From: Macrostomum lignano
Taxonomy: Eukaryota
DNA: 64,000 nt
Reading direction: 5' to 3'
Assembly: GCA_002269645.1 (NCBI GenBank)
Contig: NIVC01001584.1
Coordinates: forward strand, 1 to 64,000
The notes beneath the pieces were generated by a model. The model saw only the letters and a program-made list of their open reading frames with translations, had not been told where the DNA came from and did not search any database. A program made the translations under genes and the position numbers. The stretch's first letter is position 1; each line of letters begins with the position of its first letter. Below, in pieces: positions 1-12,794 of this stretch.

Positions 1-159
1 AGACACGAAAAAAGCAAATTCAGAAACTCGAATTCAAAACATAAGGAAATTCAGTAAAAACGCAAAAGGGAACAAAAATTTTTGCTTGCCAACAAAGCCC
101 AGCTGCTGTTCTACACCAGGCAGACCCTCGACATGGAGTAGCAACTCAATTGAAGCAAC

Positions 160-260
160 CAGGGGTTCGGCAAACTCCCGACCACGAAGCCTCTCTATCC
201 GGCCCTCGGGGTCCTTTAAAACTTCACACTAGCAATCCGGCCCGCTCAATGTTCGTAGTT
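160..260. mobile_element. Truncated hAT-type transposon end
   Basis: CAGGGGTTCGGCAAACT at 160-176 nearly matches the TIR of the complete hAT element at 16853. An ATCCGGCCCGC subterminal motif follows at ~235-245. No partner end was found. Confidence 0.45.
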
Positions 261-553
261 TGGTCGAACTATTTTTTGTAAACAGACAGGACCTCTGTTG
301 GAAAATGTAACGATTTAAGAGTGTCTTTAAAGTTCTGTAGAGAGAAGTGCCAATTGATAACTTTGCGGATAGACTGATAGAGATTCTATTTCTATTCTAT
401 TCTATTTTCTATTCTATTGGAGAGTGACCTATTTTGGTTCATGGTATTGAAATGGTAAAAAATGACCCAGAAACTTGCTTATGTGCTGCTGTAAGTCTCT
501 GAACCAGACTGCTAAAGAGGATTTTTACTCCGGGGTTTTGTGATTCAAACATT

Positions 554-3500
554 TCACTGTCCTAGGCATAGTATTGCGCGCCTGGGTAGCCGGAGATGTT
601 CGGGTGGTACAGCGATGCGGCGGCGCGCGGCAGCCGACTGATTGCCGGCGGCGGCGGCCCAGGAGGAGTAGCCACCAACGCTGTTGCCAGGGAAGAATCC
701 GGCAGCACCGCCCATCATGCCGCAGAAGTTGTTCAGCTTGCCGTTGGTCGCGGCTGCGGCGGCAAAATAGCCGGCGGAGCCGACCAGCAGTTCCTGCTGG
801 TACTGCTGCTGGTACTTGTAGGCGGCGGCGGCCGTGGACGGGTCGGCAGCTTGAGGCGGCTGCATCGCCTGAGCGAGGCCGGCAAAGTCAAACTTGTAAG
901 CGTAGCGCTTGCCGTGCACCTTCGACATGATGTTCTTGTCGTAGTAGTAGCGCAGCGCCCGGCTCAGCTTGTCGTAGTTCATGTTGGGCTTGGACTTGCG
1001 CTCGCCCCATCGACGGGCCACCTCGTCTGGGTCGGCGAGCTTGAATTCGCCGTTGGTGCCCTCCCAGGCGATGCAGGCGGAGTTGCGGTTGTCGGAGAGC
1101 AGCTCCAGTAGAAACTGCCAGAGCTGGATTTGGCCAGAGCCTGCTGGGGTGACGGTGCGTTAGGAACAGCTAGTTGTGAATGAGTTCGAATTCAAAACCC
1201 AAAAGCGAGCATTTGAAGATGGATTTTGATGTGGGCGACCGCGGAATTCTTTTACTTGCGCTTTTTGGATAGATATAGATGCCATTTTAGATCCACAGCC
1301 TCATTCCCAAACTGTACCCTCAGCTGCAGAATGCACTCAAGGTACAATAAAGAACATTGTACGTTCCTTGATTTTTCTCAATTCAAAATATAAACGCACA
1401 TCCCAATATGGTCCTAAAACGCTCCAAGCAATGCGGGCTGCATGGAGATGTTTTCGGGGTGTCATTTTTCAATCTTGATACGATAGTAATAATTACCACT
1501 TGCCACACCCACTAGCCAATTATAAATATGAGCAGGTGACCCTACAGCCCCTATCTAACCTGGACAAAAAACTTTGCTGACGAATTGATGAGCCAAATTT
1601 AACTGCTCCTTTTCCTCCGGCCCCCGCTGCTTTGGTAAGTTGAGAGCCTCTGTTACCAAACTTTTCTCACCGCTATGCGGCACTCGAAGCAGCGGGTTAC
1701 CGCATCGCAACAATGGGTCGCCCTTATCTGCCGACTCCGAGCTCTCAGTGGGGCACCGCGACATCCCACGCTTTGTTGTCACACCAGGCATGCACTTGCC
1801 TGCTGATGCTGTTCTCTAACTGGAACTCCAGGGCATGAATCCCTGACGGACCACCCGCGGAGGCCAAAAAAATGTTCAGGAAAATGGTGGCATGGTGGTG
1901 CAATGGCCCAGGTCCTTTCCATGCTCCCTCACAGTAATAATGAGCAAATCACTCATATTCTGCTGGTACTTAATGGATTGTTTTATGTTGGGAATTTTCT
2001 AAAATAGAGAGATGGAGTCGTTAAACTGGGCGCTGTGCGGTTGGTGATGTTCTATGGGCGCTGTTCTATGGGCGCTGTTCTATGGGCGCTGTTCTATGGG
2101 CGCTGTTCTATGGGCGCTTTTCTATGGGCGCTGTTCTATGGGCGCTGTTCTGTGGGCGCTGTTCTATGGGCGCTATTCTATGGGCGCTGTTCTATGTGCG
2201 CTGTTCTATGGGCGCTGTTCTATGGGCGCCGTTCTATGGGAGCCGTTCTATGGGCGCTGTTCTATGGGCGCTGTTCTATGGGTGCTTTTCTGGTGGCGCT
2301 GTTCTATGGGCGCTATGCTCGGGCGCTGTTATATGGACGCTGTTCTACCGGTATGGGCGCTGCTCTATGGGTGCTGTTATATGGACGCTGCATGCTCAAT
2401 GGGCGCTGTTCTTGTGACGCTGTTCTATGGGCGCTGTTCTATGGGCGCTGTTCTGTGGGCGCTTTTCTATGGGCGCTGTTCTATGGGCGCTGTTCTATGG
2501 GCGCTGTTCTATGGGCGCTGTTCTGTGGGCGCTTTTCTATGGGCGCTGTTCTATGGGCGCTGTTCTATGGGCGCTGTTCTATGGGCGCTGTTCTATGGGC
2601 GCTGCTCTATGGGCGCTGTTCTATGGGCGCTTTTCTATGGGCGCTTTTCTGGTGGCGCTGTTCTATGGGCGCTTTTCTGGTGGCGCTTTTCTATGGGCGC
2701 TGTTCTATGGGCGCTGTTCTATGGGCGCTGTTCTATGGGCGCTGCTCTATGGGCGCTGCTGTATGGGTGCTGTTCTATGGGCGCAGTTCTATGGGCGCTG
2801 TTCTATGGGCGCTGTTCTATGGGCGCTGCTGTATGGGTGCTGTTCTGTGGGCGCTGCATGCTCTATGGGCGCTTTTCTTGTGGCGGTGTTCTATGCGCGC
2901 TGTTCTGTGGGCGCTTTTCTACGGGCGCTTTTCTGGTGGCGCTGTTCTATGGGCGCTGTTCTATGGGCGCTGTTCTATGGGCGCAGTTCTATGGGCGCTG
3001 TTCTATGGGCGCTTTTCTGGTGGCGCTGTTCTATGGGCGCTTTTCTGGTGGCGCTGTTCTATGGGCGCTATGCTCGGGCGCTGTTATATGGACGCTGTTC
3101 TACCGGTATGGGCGCTGCTCTATGGGTGCTGTTATATGGACGCTGCATGCTCAATGGGCGCTGTTCTTGTGGCGCTGTTCTATGGGCGCTGTTCTATGGG
3201 CGCTGTTCTGTGGGCGCTTTTCTATGGGCGCTGTTCTATGGGCGCTGTTCTATGGGCGCTGTTCTATGGGCGCTGTTCTATGGGCGCTGCTCTATGGGCG
3301 CTGTTCTATGGGCGCTTTTCTATGGGCGCTTTTCTGGTGGCGCTGTTCTATGGGCGCTTTTCTGGTGGCGCTATTCTATGGGCGCTGTTCTATGTGCGCT
3401 GTTCTAGGGGCGCTGTTCTATGGGCGCTGTTCTATGGGCGCTGTTCTAGGGGCGCTGTTCTATGGGCGCTATTCTATGGGCGCTGTTCTATGTGCGCTGT

Positions 3501-6500
3501 TCTATGGGCGCTGTTCTATGGGCGCCGTTCTATGGGCGCCGTTCTATGGGCGCTGTTCTATGGGCGCTGTTCTATGGGTGCTTTTCTGGTGGCGCTGTTC
3601 TATGGGCGCAGTTCTATGGGCGCTGTTCTATGGGCGCTGCTGTATGGGTGCTGTTCTATGGGCGCAGTTCTATGGGCGCTGTTCTATGGGCGCTTTTCTA
3701 TGGGCGCTTTTCTGGTGGCGCTGTTCTATGGGCGCAGTTCTATGGGCGCTGTTCTATGGGCGCTGCTGTATGGGTGCTGTTCTATGGGCGCAGTTCTATG
3801 GGCGCTGTTCTATGGGCGCTGTTCTATGGGCGCTGCTGTATGGGTGCTGTTCTGTGGGCGCTGCATGCTCTATGGGCGCTTTTCTTGTGGCGGTGTTCTA
3901 TGCGCGCTGTTCTGTGGGCGCTTTTCTACGGGCGCTTTTCTGGTGGCGCTGTTCTATGGGCGCTGTTCTATGGGCGCTGTTCTATAGGCGCTTTTCTGGT
4001 GGCGCTGTTCTATGGGCGCTTTTCTATGGGCGCTGTTCTATGGGCGCTGTTCTATGGGCGCTTTTCTGGTGGCGCTGTTCTATGGGCGCTGTTCTATGGG
4101 CGCTGTTCTATGGGCGCAGTTCTATGGGCGCTGTTCTATGGGCGCTGTGCTGAGGGCGGTTTTGGAAGACCATTGCTATAGGGACAGTGTGAAGAAATGT
4201 TATGCTAAATGTTTCTGATTTTTGGAATGTCACAATGGGCCATAAATATCTAACTAACAGAAGAAATGTGACAAGAACTGCGTGACGAATGAGCAGCCAT
4301 CAGTTTCTATATTCGACGCATTGGTAACTTGATTTTGTTTCTAAAGAAACGCGATCAAACAGACATCGTGTTCACAGTTAGATCATTTCCCAGCTTCCTA
4401 CGTTTTGTATCCAAGGCTTGTTTGACGCGTGGGGGAGTGCCTGCATGGGAGGCTGGCGTCACCCAGCATCCCCTCTCAGTGAGCTGGGCGAGCTCAGCGC
4501 GCACGTGGCCTCATAATTCCACGAGCTGTCATTTCGCTCTACGTGAGCATGCCATGTTTTTTTAAATCAAATATGGTAGGATCGTAAACTTCCGTGACAC
4601 AATAAATCAAAACTGAGCTTTGGAAAAATGAGTAGGATAAAAAAACTCAGATTTTTTAGATTGGGGATTTTTTCTTTGAAATTGAGATTTACCTTGCGGT
4701 CTCCAGTGAGATTGGTGGAACGGCTGCGAGATGTGCTGCTGCTGCTGCTGCTGATGCTGATGTTGCTGCTGTTGCTGCTGCTGCTGCGGTGGGTGTTGCT
4801 GCTGCTGCTGATGATGAGGCTGACGCTGAGGTCCCAGATCCTTCTGCAGTGCGGAATCCTCGTACAGGTGGCCCAGTGAGGGCTGCTGGACACTTCCATA
4901 GCCTGCGGCAAAGAGGAAGGTCGTGACAAATGAAAGCGATGTTTTGAATAAGACTCATAAAAGACTGAAATTTGCCGGGATTCATAAAACATAAAATTCA
5001 GCAAATCACCTAAAAGCATCAGCCCAGCGCCTAAACTTCACAAGACCTAAACTTCACAAGACCTAAACTTCACAAGACCTAAACTTCACAAGACCTAAAC
5101 TTAGCAAGACCTAAACTTCTCAAGACATAAACTTCACAAGACCTAAGCTTCACAAGACCTAAACTTCACAAGACCTAAACTTCACAAGACCGAAACTTCA
5201 CAAGACCGAAACTTCACAAGACCGAAACTTCACAAGACCGAAACTTCACAAGACCGAAACTTCTCAAGACCGAAGCTTCACAAGACCGAAACTTCACAAG
5301 ACCGAAACTTCACAAGACCTAAACTTAGCAAGACCTAAACTTAGCAAGACCTAAACTTCGCAAGATCTAAACTAGCTTCACAAGACCTAAGCTTCACAAG
5401 ACCTAAGCTTCACAAGACCTAAGCTTCACAAGACCTAAGCTTCACAAGACCTAAACTTCGCAAGACCTAAGCTTCACAAGACCTAAACTTCACAAGACCG
5501 AAACCACAAGACCTAAACTTCACAAGATCTAAACTTCGCAAGATCTAAACTAGCTTCACAAGACCTAAACTTCACAAGACCTAAGCTTCACAAGACCTAA
5601 AATTTACAAGACCTAAACTTCACAAGACCTAAACTTCACAAGACCTAAATATAAAATGATAAAACATCTTTTAAGTGATTTTAAATTTAGGTCCTATTGA
5701 AATCAGCCACCATGACTATTAATACACACTGCAAAGTGTTAATTATAAGTTTTGGATAATGCAAACTTGGGGGGTGTATCGATTTCACTTGTCTCCGCAT
5801 CTGCAACATGGATGCTGCTATCATTATCTAGCGGTCACTTCAAGCCTCCTCCAAGGAAGAAGAGGCCAACGGGGCCTGAGCTGTCATGTCCGCAGTAATC
5901 AAAGCTCAATAATTATGTCTCAACTGACGCTTGCATACACAGCGTTCGTGCGGAAATGATGGCGGGCAGGAAACTGGCCTGTCTGTCTGCCCTGCCCGCC
6001 CCCGGACTCGTCCGCAGCATCAATTCTGCTATAAGTGACATGGCAGGTCCACTAAAAATTTCCAATCATCTGCTCATAGCAGACCATACCGTGGTGTCAG
6101 GTTACACAGTGTAACCAGAGTTAGTTGCCTCATGCACTGATTTTGATATTTTCAGTCTATAAATTAAGTTTGAGAAGTTGCTAAATTAAAAGCTCACCCG
6201 CTGAAGGCGCTGCTGTGGAGTGCGGGTTGCCATTGTTCAACTGCCGCTGCCAGCTGCACTTTGGGTAGGGAGCTGAAGGAGACTCTGCAGAGTTTGTGCA
6301 TGATTTGCTTGTGGATTAGTAAGAGTTTTAGCTTGATGGATTAACACGGGGATGCAGGGAGAATGCAGGGAGAATGCAGGGAAAATGCAGGGAGAATGCA
6401 GGGAGAATGCAGGGAGAATGCAGGAGAATGCAGGGAGAATGTAGGGAGATTGCAAGGAGAATGCAGGGAGAATGCAGGGAGAATGCAGGGAGAATGCAGG

Positions 6501-6601
6501 GAGACTGCAGGCAACTCACCGCCAATTTCGTGTCCATGCCCGCCGCCAGAGGCAGTCAGAGCGCAGGCCCTATAATATTCCTCCTGTTTCAGAGTCTGCA
6601 T
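554..6601 (-). CDS. FEV: ETS transcription factor, ERG/FLI1/FEV subfamily, most like FEV/Pet-1 (spliced)
   Basis: Last exon 1140->554 (acceptor cag at 1141-1142) encodes [15 protein letters not shown]...CIAWEG...[45 protein letters not shown] plus an Ala-rich tail. CIAWEG, IMSKVHG and GLAQA are FEV-like residues. Candidate upstream phase-1 exons: 6601-6520 ([10 protein letters not shown]...), 4902-4693 (polyQ), possibly 4440-4402, and 1799-1701. The ETS exon is certain; the upstream exons and the exact orthology are less so. Confidence 0.85.
2035..4150. repeat. 14-bp minisatellite (ATGGGCGCTGTTCT)n, ~150 copies, intronic
   Basis: Tandem unit directly visible, with variant blocks duplicated internally. 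Confidence 0.97.
5030..5650. repeat. 16-bp minisatellite (CCTAAACTTCACAAGA)n
   Basis: Tandem unit directly visible. Confidence 0.95.
6350..6505. repeat. 11-bp minisatellite (GCAGGGAGAAT)n next to the donor at 6519
   Basis: Tandem unit directly visible. Confidence 0.95.
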
Positions 6602-6877
6602 TCGCAGGTTAAGCAGTTATATGACAGCTACAGTATTAAGAAGACACAGCTTTTGCTAGAGAATAAACGAGAGCTGCTCAGGAAGTTGCTTTGACTTTGA
6701 TGTGCCAATGGCTCTGCCTGACTGACTGGTCGAGTGTGCAGCCCTCACCAAATGCAAGTAAAGTCTCTATAAAATGAGAACGGGATGGTTGAGGTGTGAA
6801 ATATTTCCTCATCTTAGCTAGGGAATTGAAAAACGTGAGGTGGGTGGGGATCAGGGCAGAGTCGGGAGCAGGGCTAG

Positions 6878-6909
6878 CCAATGCGGAGGAAGGAAGCTGA
6901 GCGCATTGG
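6878..6909. promoter_or_regulatory. Candidate FEV promoter element: inverted CCAAT boxes flanking GGAAGGAAG
   Basis: CCAATGCG-GAGGAAGGAAGCTGAG-CGCATTGG, ~280 bp upstream of the predicted ATG at 6601. Motif match only. Confidence 0.3.
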
Positions 6910-7409
6910 TTCCGCTCTCTGCTCTCGTCTTCCCACATCACGCGAGAGAGAGAGACTGCTTCTCCTTCTTGCTGCTTGCTTTATTCACTCTTTCGTCTGG
7001 CAAAGCTTCAGGATTTCCCGAGAAAGGATCTGGGCTGGACCTGCGAGTCTTTGTGCTCTCTGCCTGTCAAGTCAGCGGCAGTGACCGCCACTGTAGCGTG
7101 CGGACGCTGCGTAAAAATGTTGTTCTAAAAAACCAACTGAACAGTTGTAGACCCTGAGTTTATCTCTTTAGAAACATACAACCTAACCTATATAATAGCA
7201 GAATCATAAAACAAATTTATTTATGACTTTTTTAACATCCACGAAGTGTGTTTGTGGTTTGTGAACTGTTTTAGGCTCGCATTGAATTTCTCCTTCAACC
7301 GAAATTCTGCTGGTGACTGAAGTTGATTGCAACTCTGGGCATGCAGTAAAAACACAGAATAGTGACACTTAACCAACTCGACAAGGTTAAGGGTATAAGC
7401 TGTGCCCGC

Positions 7410-7886
7410 CTTGGTGCTGGCGCCCCTTGGTGCTGGCGCCCCTTGGTGCTGGCGCCCCTTGGTGCTGGCGCCCCTTGGTGCTGGCGCCCCTTGGTGCTGG
7501 CGCCCCTTGGTGCTGGCGCCCCTTGGTGCTGGCGCCCCTTGGTGCTGGCGCCCCTTGGTGCTGGCGCCCCTTGGTGCTGGCGCCCCTTGGTGCTGGCGCC
7601 CCTTGGTGCTGGCGCCCCTTGGTGCTGGCGCCCCTTGGTGCTGGCGCCCCTTGGTGCTGGCGCCCCTTGGTGCTGGCGCCCCTTGGTGCTGGCGCCCCTT
7701 GGTGCTGGCGCCCCTTGGTGCTGGCGCCCCTTGGTGCTGGCGCCCCTTGGTGCTGGCGCCCCTTGGTGCTGGCGCCCCTTGGTGCTGGCGCCCCTTGGTG
7801 CTGGCGCCCCTTGGTGCTGGCGCCCCTTGGTGCTGGCGCCCCTTGGTGCTGGCGCCCCTTGGTGCTGGCGCCCCTTGGTGCTGGTG
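7410..7886. repeat. 16-bp minisatellite (TTGGTGCTGGCGCCCC)n, essentially perfect
   Basis: Tandem unit directly visible. Confidence 0.97.
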
Positions 7887-8629
7887 CCTAGTGTAATTCT
7901 ACTCCGGTTGTCCAAGGTTAACTACCTGCACTGACCCCTATAGTTGATAAAGCGAAATGATAAATTAAAAAGTTGGTATCTTGTCGCAAGAAAGAAAATT
8001 CCTTTAGGGCACATGGCCTGGCTCCGCAGTTCCTCTTAATCTTGATTGTTAAAAAAAATCAACTCAAACCAAAAGCAAACACTTGCTCTTGGATCTGAGC
8101 TGTCAGACAGGCTCAAGAGCGAGGCTCGTGGGCCCCTGAAGGCATTCTGGCCCCTTCTCTCTCCCTCTGTACCGCGAGGACTGCAGCGCGGGGTGACAAA
8201 AAGAGTGAAAAAATCCTCTAAAAGTTTCCTTTCGGCTTCAGAAAAACTTCCTGATAGAAATCTTTGCAAGCCACGGCACATGCAGCTGTTGAATTGATGG
8301 TGTCAGCTTAATAAGGGTTTGAATCTCTAGTGCTGCAGAAGAAGTGTCAAAAAAGCAAGACTTACAGGGCCACTTAGCTCAATCAAGAATTTCTCGGGCC
8401 TGTGAATCCACCTTTGTCTGCACAACAATGCTCTTTTCCGTAAGTTCCTTCCCCTTTGATTCTCTCACAGAATCTGATTGTTTTTTTCTAATCTTTTACT
8501 GATTGAAGAAGCAAACAGATTTGAAAAGGGTCATTAATACAGACAGACGCGCGCGGAATTGAACCTGGGGCCCAGGGTTCGATCCGCCCTTCTCATCTTT
8601 CCCTTTTACGAGTAAGAAAAGAGAACAGA

Positions 8630-8758
8630 GACGAGAGGAGAGAGGAGAGGAGAGAGAGAGAGGGTAGGAGAGAGGAGAGGAGAGAGAGAGAGGGTAGGAG
8701 AGAGGAGAGGAGAGAGTGGAGAAGAGGAGAGAGAGAGAGAGGAGAGGAGAGAGTGGAG

Positions 8759-8794
<36 letters not shown>

Positions 8795-9990
8795 AGAGAG
8801 GAGAGAAGAAAGGAGAGGAGAGAAGAGAAGAGAGGAGAGGAGAGAGGAGAGGAGAGGAGAGAGGAGAGGAGAGGAGAGGAGAGAGGAGAGGAGGGGAGAG
8901 AGGAGAGGAGAGGAGAGGAGAGGAGAGAAGAGAGGAGAGGAGAGAAGAGAGGAGAGGAGAGAAGAGAAGAGAGGAGAAGAGAGGAGAGGAGAGGAGAGGA
9001 GAGGAGAGAGGAGAGGAGAGGAGAGGACAAGAGAGAGGAGAGGAGAGGAGAGAAGAGAGGAGAAGAGAGGAAGGAGAGGAGAGGAGAGGAGGAGAGGAGA
9101 GGAGAGAAGAGAAGAGAAGAGAGGAGAGGAGAGAGGAGAGGAGAGGAGAGAGGAGAGGAGAGGAGAGGAGAGGAGAGAGGAGAGGAGAGGAGAGAGGACA
9201 AGAGAGAGGAGAGGAGAGGAGAGAAGAGAGGAGAAGAGAGGAGAGGAGAGGAGAGGAGAGGAGAGGAGAGGAGAGGAGAGGAGAGGAGAGGAGAGGAGAG
9301 GAGAGGAGAGGAGAGGAGAGGAAGAGGAGAGGAGAGGAGAGGAGAGAAGAGAAGAGAGGAGAGGAGAGAGGAGAGGAGAGGAGAGAAGAGAGGAGAGGAG
9401 AGAAGAGAAGAGAGGAGAAGAGAGGAGAGGAGAAGGAGAGGAGAGGAGAGAGGAGAGGAGAGGAGAGGACAAGAGAGAGGAGAGGAGAGGAGAGAAGAGA
9501 GGAGAAGAGAGGGAAGGAGAGGAGAGGAGAGGAGGAGAGGAGAGGAGAGAAGAGAAGAGAAGAGAGGAGAGGAGAGAGGAGAGGAGAGGAGAGAGGAGGG
9601 GAGAGGAGAGGAGAGGAGAGGAGAGGAGAGAAGAGAGGAGAGGAGAGGAGAGGAGAGAGGACAAGAGAGAGGAGAGGAGAGGAGAGAAGAGAGGAGAAGA
9701 GAGGAGAGGAGAGGAGAGGAGAGGAGAGGAGAGGAGAGGAGAGGAGAGGAGAGGAGAGGAGAGGAGAGGAGAGAGAGAAGAGAGGAGAGGAGAGAAGAGA
9801 GGAGAGGAGAGGAGAAGAAAGAAGAGGAGAGGAGAGGAGAGAAGAGAGGAGAAGAGAGGAGAGGAGAGGAGAGGAGAGGAGAGGAGAGGAGAGGAGAGGA
9901 GAGGAGAGGAGAGGAGAGGAGAGAGAGAGGAGAGGAGAGGAGAGGAGAAGAAAGAAGAGGAGAGGAGAGAAGAGATGAGTGAGGAGAAGA
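8630..9990. repeat. (GAGAG)n purine-rich microsatellite
   Basis: Directly visible; almost purely A/G. Confidence 0.97.
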
Positions 9991-10649
9991 GAGGATAGAA
10001 GAGAGCTGAGAAGTGTGACAAACCTAAGCGGGCCCCATTGCCATTGTGAAGTTTCAAAGGACCCGAGAGCTGGATTAGAGAGGCTTACGGGCCGCGCGGA
10101 TTTTTTCTATCCCAGGTTTCACCTGTCTCATGATTTCGTTCAATGGTTTATGCAACTGCGATATCAATAATTTTAGCTCGTACATGCATTGCTATAATGA
10201 TACAGGAATAGCAATGTAAATTTAAGACACCAAAAAGACTACCAGCTGACCAGCAGACACTATTATCAGACAAAACAGAGCGGTTAATTTGCATTAAAAA
10301 GAGACAATAGAAATCTATCATCTCATTTTGCTATCCTTGCCGATTGGTCGGTCACACCTGGAGGTGACTTGGATACCCGAGCAGCAGCCGAACTCCCTGC
10401 AGACATTGAGCATAGAGATATTTTAGAAAGCAGGCAATCTTCAGTGCTGAGCTCGATACTCTCATAAACAAATACTAGATACTATATTTGATCACTGCAT
10501 TGTGCGACTGGACACCATCGCTATGCATATACCAAAGGACTACTAGACTTGACTATTACGAAGTGTTCCTAGTGGTCCTTGGCATATAAATTTATGGACA
10601 AAAATGTCTGTGTTTGTACAGACTCAAGTAAATAGCTACATATGCTATC

Positions 10650-12240
10650 AGATTGGAGGATTCTGGATGGGGAAGATTGGGTATTCTGGATGGGGAAGAT
10701 TGGGTATTCTGGATGGGGAAGATTGGGTATTCTGGATGGGGAAGATTGGGTATTCTGGATGGGGAAGATTGGGTGTTCTGGATGCGTAAGATTGGGTGTT
10801 CTGGATGCGTAAGATTGGGTGTTCTGGATGCGTAAGATTGGGTGTTCTGGATGCGTAAGATTGGGTGTTCTGGATGCGTAAGATTGGGTGTTCTGGATGG
10901 GGAAGATTGGGTATTCTGGATGGGGAAGATTGGGTATTCTGGATGGGAAGATTGGGTATTCTGGATGGGGAAGATTGGGTGTTCTGGATGCGTAAGATTG
11001 GGTGTTCTGGATGCGTAAGATTGGGTATTCTGGATGGGGAAGATTGGGTGTTCTGGATGCGTAAGATTGGGTGTTCTGGATGCGTAAGATTGGGTATTCT
11101 GGATGGGAAGATTGGGTGTTCTGGATGCGTAAGATTGGGTGTTCTGGATGGGGAAGATTGGGTATTCTGGATGGGGAAGATTGGGTGTTCTGGATGCGTA
11201 AGATTGGGTGTTCTGGATGCGTAAGATTGGGTGTTCTGGATGCGTAAGATTGGGTGTTCTGGATGCGTAAGATTGGGTGTTCTGGATGGGGAAGATTGGG
11301 TATTCTGGATGGGGAAGATTGGGTATTCTGGATGGGAAGATTGGGTATTCTGGATGGGGAAGATTGGGTGTTCTGGATGGGGAAGATTGGGTGTTCTGGA
11401 TGGGGAAGATTGGGTGTTCTGGATGGGGAAGATTGGGTGTTCTGGAGGGGAAGATTGGGTGTTCTGGATGGGGAAGATTGGGTATTCTGGATGGGGAAGA
11501 TTGGGTATTCTGGATGGGGAAGATTGGGTATTCTGGGTGGGGAAAATTGGGTATTCTGGATGGGGAAGATTGGGTATTCTGGGTGGGGAAGTTTGGGTGT
11601 TCTGGATGGGGAAGATTGGGTATTCTGGGTGGGGAAGTTTGGGTGTTCTGGATGGAAAGATTGGGTATTCTGGATGGGGAAGATTGGGTATTCTGGATGA
11701 AGAAGATTGAGGATTCTGGATGAAGAAGATTGAGGATTCTGGATGAAGAAGATTGAGGATTCTGGATGAAGAAGATTGAGGATTCTGGATGAAGAAGATT
11801 GAGGATTCTGGATGGGGAAGATTGAGGATTCTGGATGGGGAAGATTGAGGATTCTGGATGGGGAAAATTGAGGATTCTGGATGAAGAAGATTGAGGATTC
11901 TGGATGGGGAAGATTGAGGATTCTGGATGGGGAAGATTGAGGATTCTGTGTGGGGAGATTGAGGATTCTGGATGGGGAAGATTGAGGATTCTGGATGGGG
12001 AAGATTGAGGATTCTGTGTTGAGAGATTGAGGCCTCTGGGTGGGGAAGATTAAGGATTCTGGATGAAGAAGATTGAGGATTCTGGATGGGGAAGATTGAG
12101 GATTCTGGATGGGGAAGATTGAGGATTCTGGATGGGGAAGATTGAGGACTCTGTGTGGGGAGATTGAGGACTCTGTGTGGGGAGATTGAGGCCTCTGGGT
12201 GGGGAAAATTGAGGATTCTGGATGGGGAAGATTGGGGATT
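10650..12240. repeat. 23-bp minisatellite (GGATGGGGAAGATTGGGTATTCT)n, switching to a GAGGATTCT variant at ~11700
   Basis: Tandem unit directly visible. Confidence 0.96.
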
Positions 12241-12794
12241 CTGGGTGAGGAATGCTATACAAAAGCCTAAAGCCGTAGCTTCTACCATCCCGTGGCACGC
12301 AGAGAATTAATTTTCTGGAAGAAGCCTGCATGGACTCAACTTTTGTCCCCCCTGACTTCGTCACTGCAACGGGTCGGGCCCGTAAAATTTTTATATAATA
12401 GCTACCAGAGTGGAAGAACGGCCTCACCGGAAGCTTGCAGTCTCCTCTGCGCTCCATCAGCCCGTGAGCTAAAAGCAACTCAACAATGCAATCTTTAGCC
12501 TCTTCCTGGTCTTTGCTTGAACCTCTCTGGGTCGTCTTGCTGCTTTGCGATTTTGAGAATATAAAAAAGCTTAGAAGATTGAGGGGCAAAAGGTCTGGGT
12601 GGTGAGATGAGCTGACTGGTGAATTCAGGGTCAGAGTCACGATAGCTGAAGTTGAACGATCTGGGCAAAATTAGGAAGCACGCAGACTCTAGGTATGGAA
12701 CTGGCACCTAAACCGTGTATGGCATTCTTCTCTAAGGCTGCCTAGCCGTCATTCAAATTCTGCCCGAACTGCTCTCCTGTCTGTCTTCTCGGCG

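Noticed and set aside
2035-4218. Long ORFs (650, 699 aa, etc.) of [14 protein letters not shown] repeats
   Set aside because: Stop-free translation of a 14-bp minisatellite inside an intron.
8555-8590. Two inverted B-box-like motifs as a tRNA gene
   Set aside because: No cloverleaf or A box could be built; probably a SINE fragment or chance.
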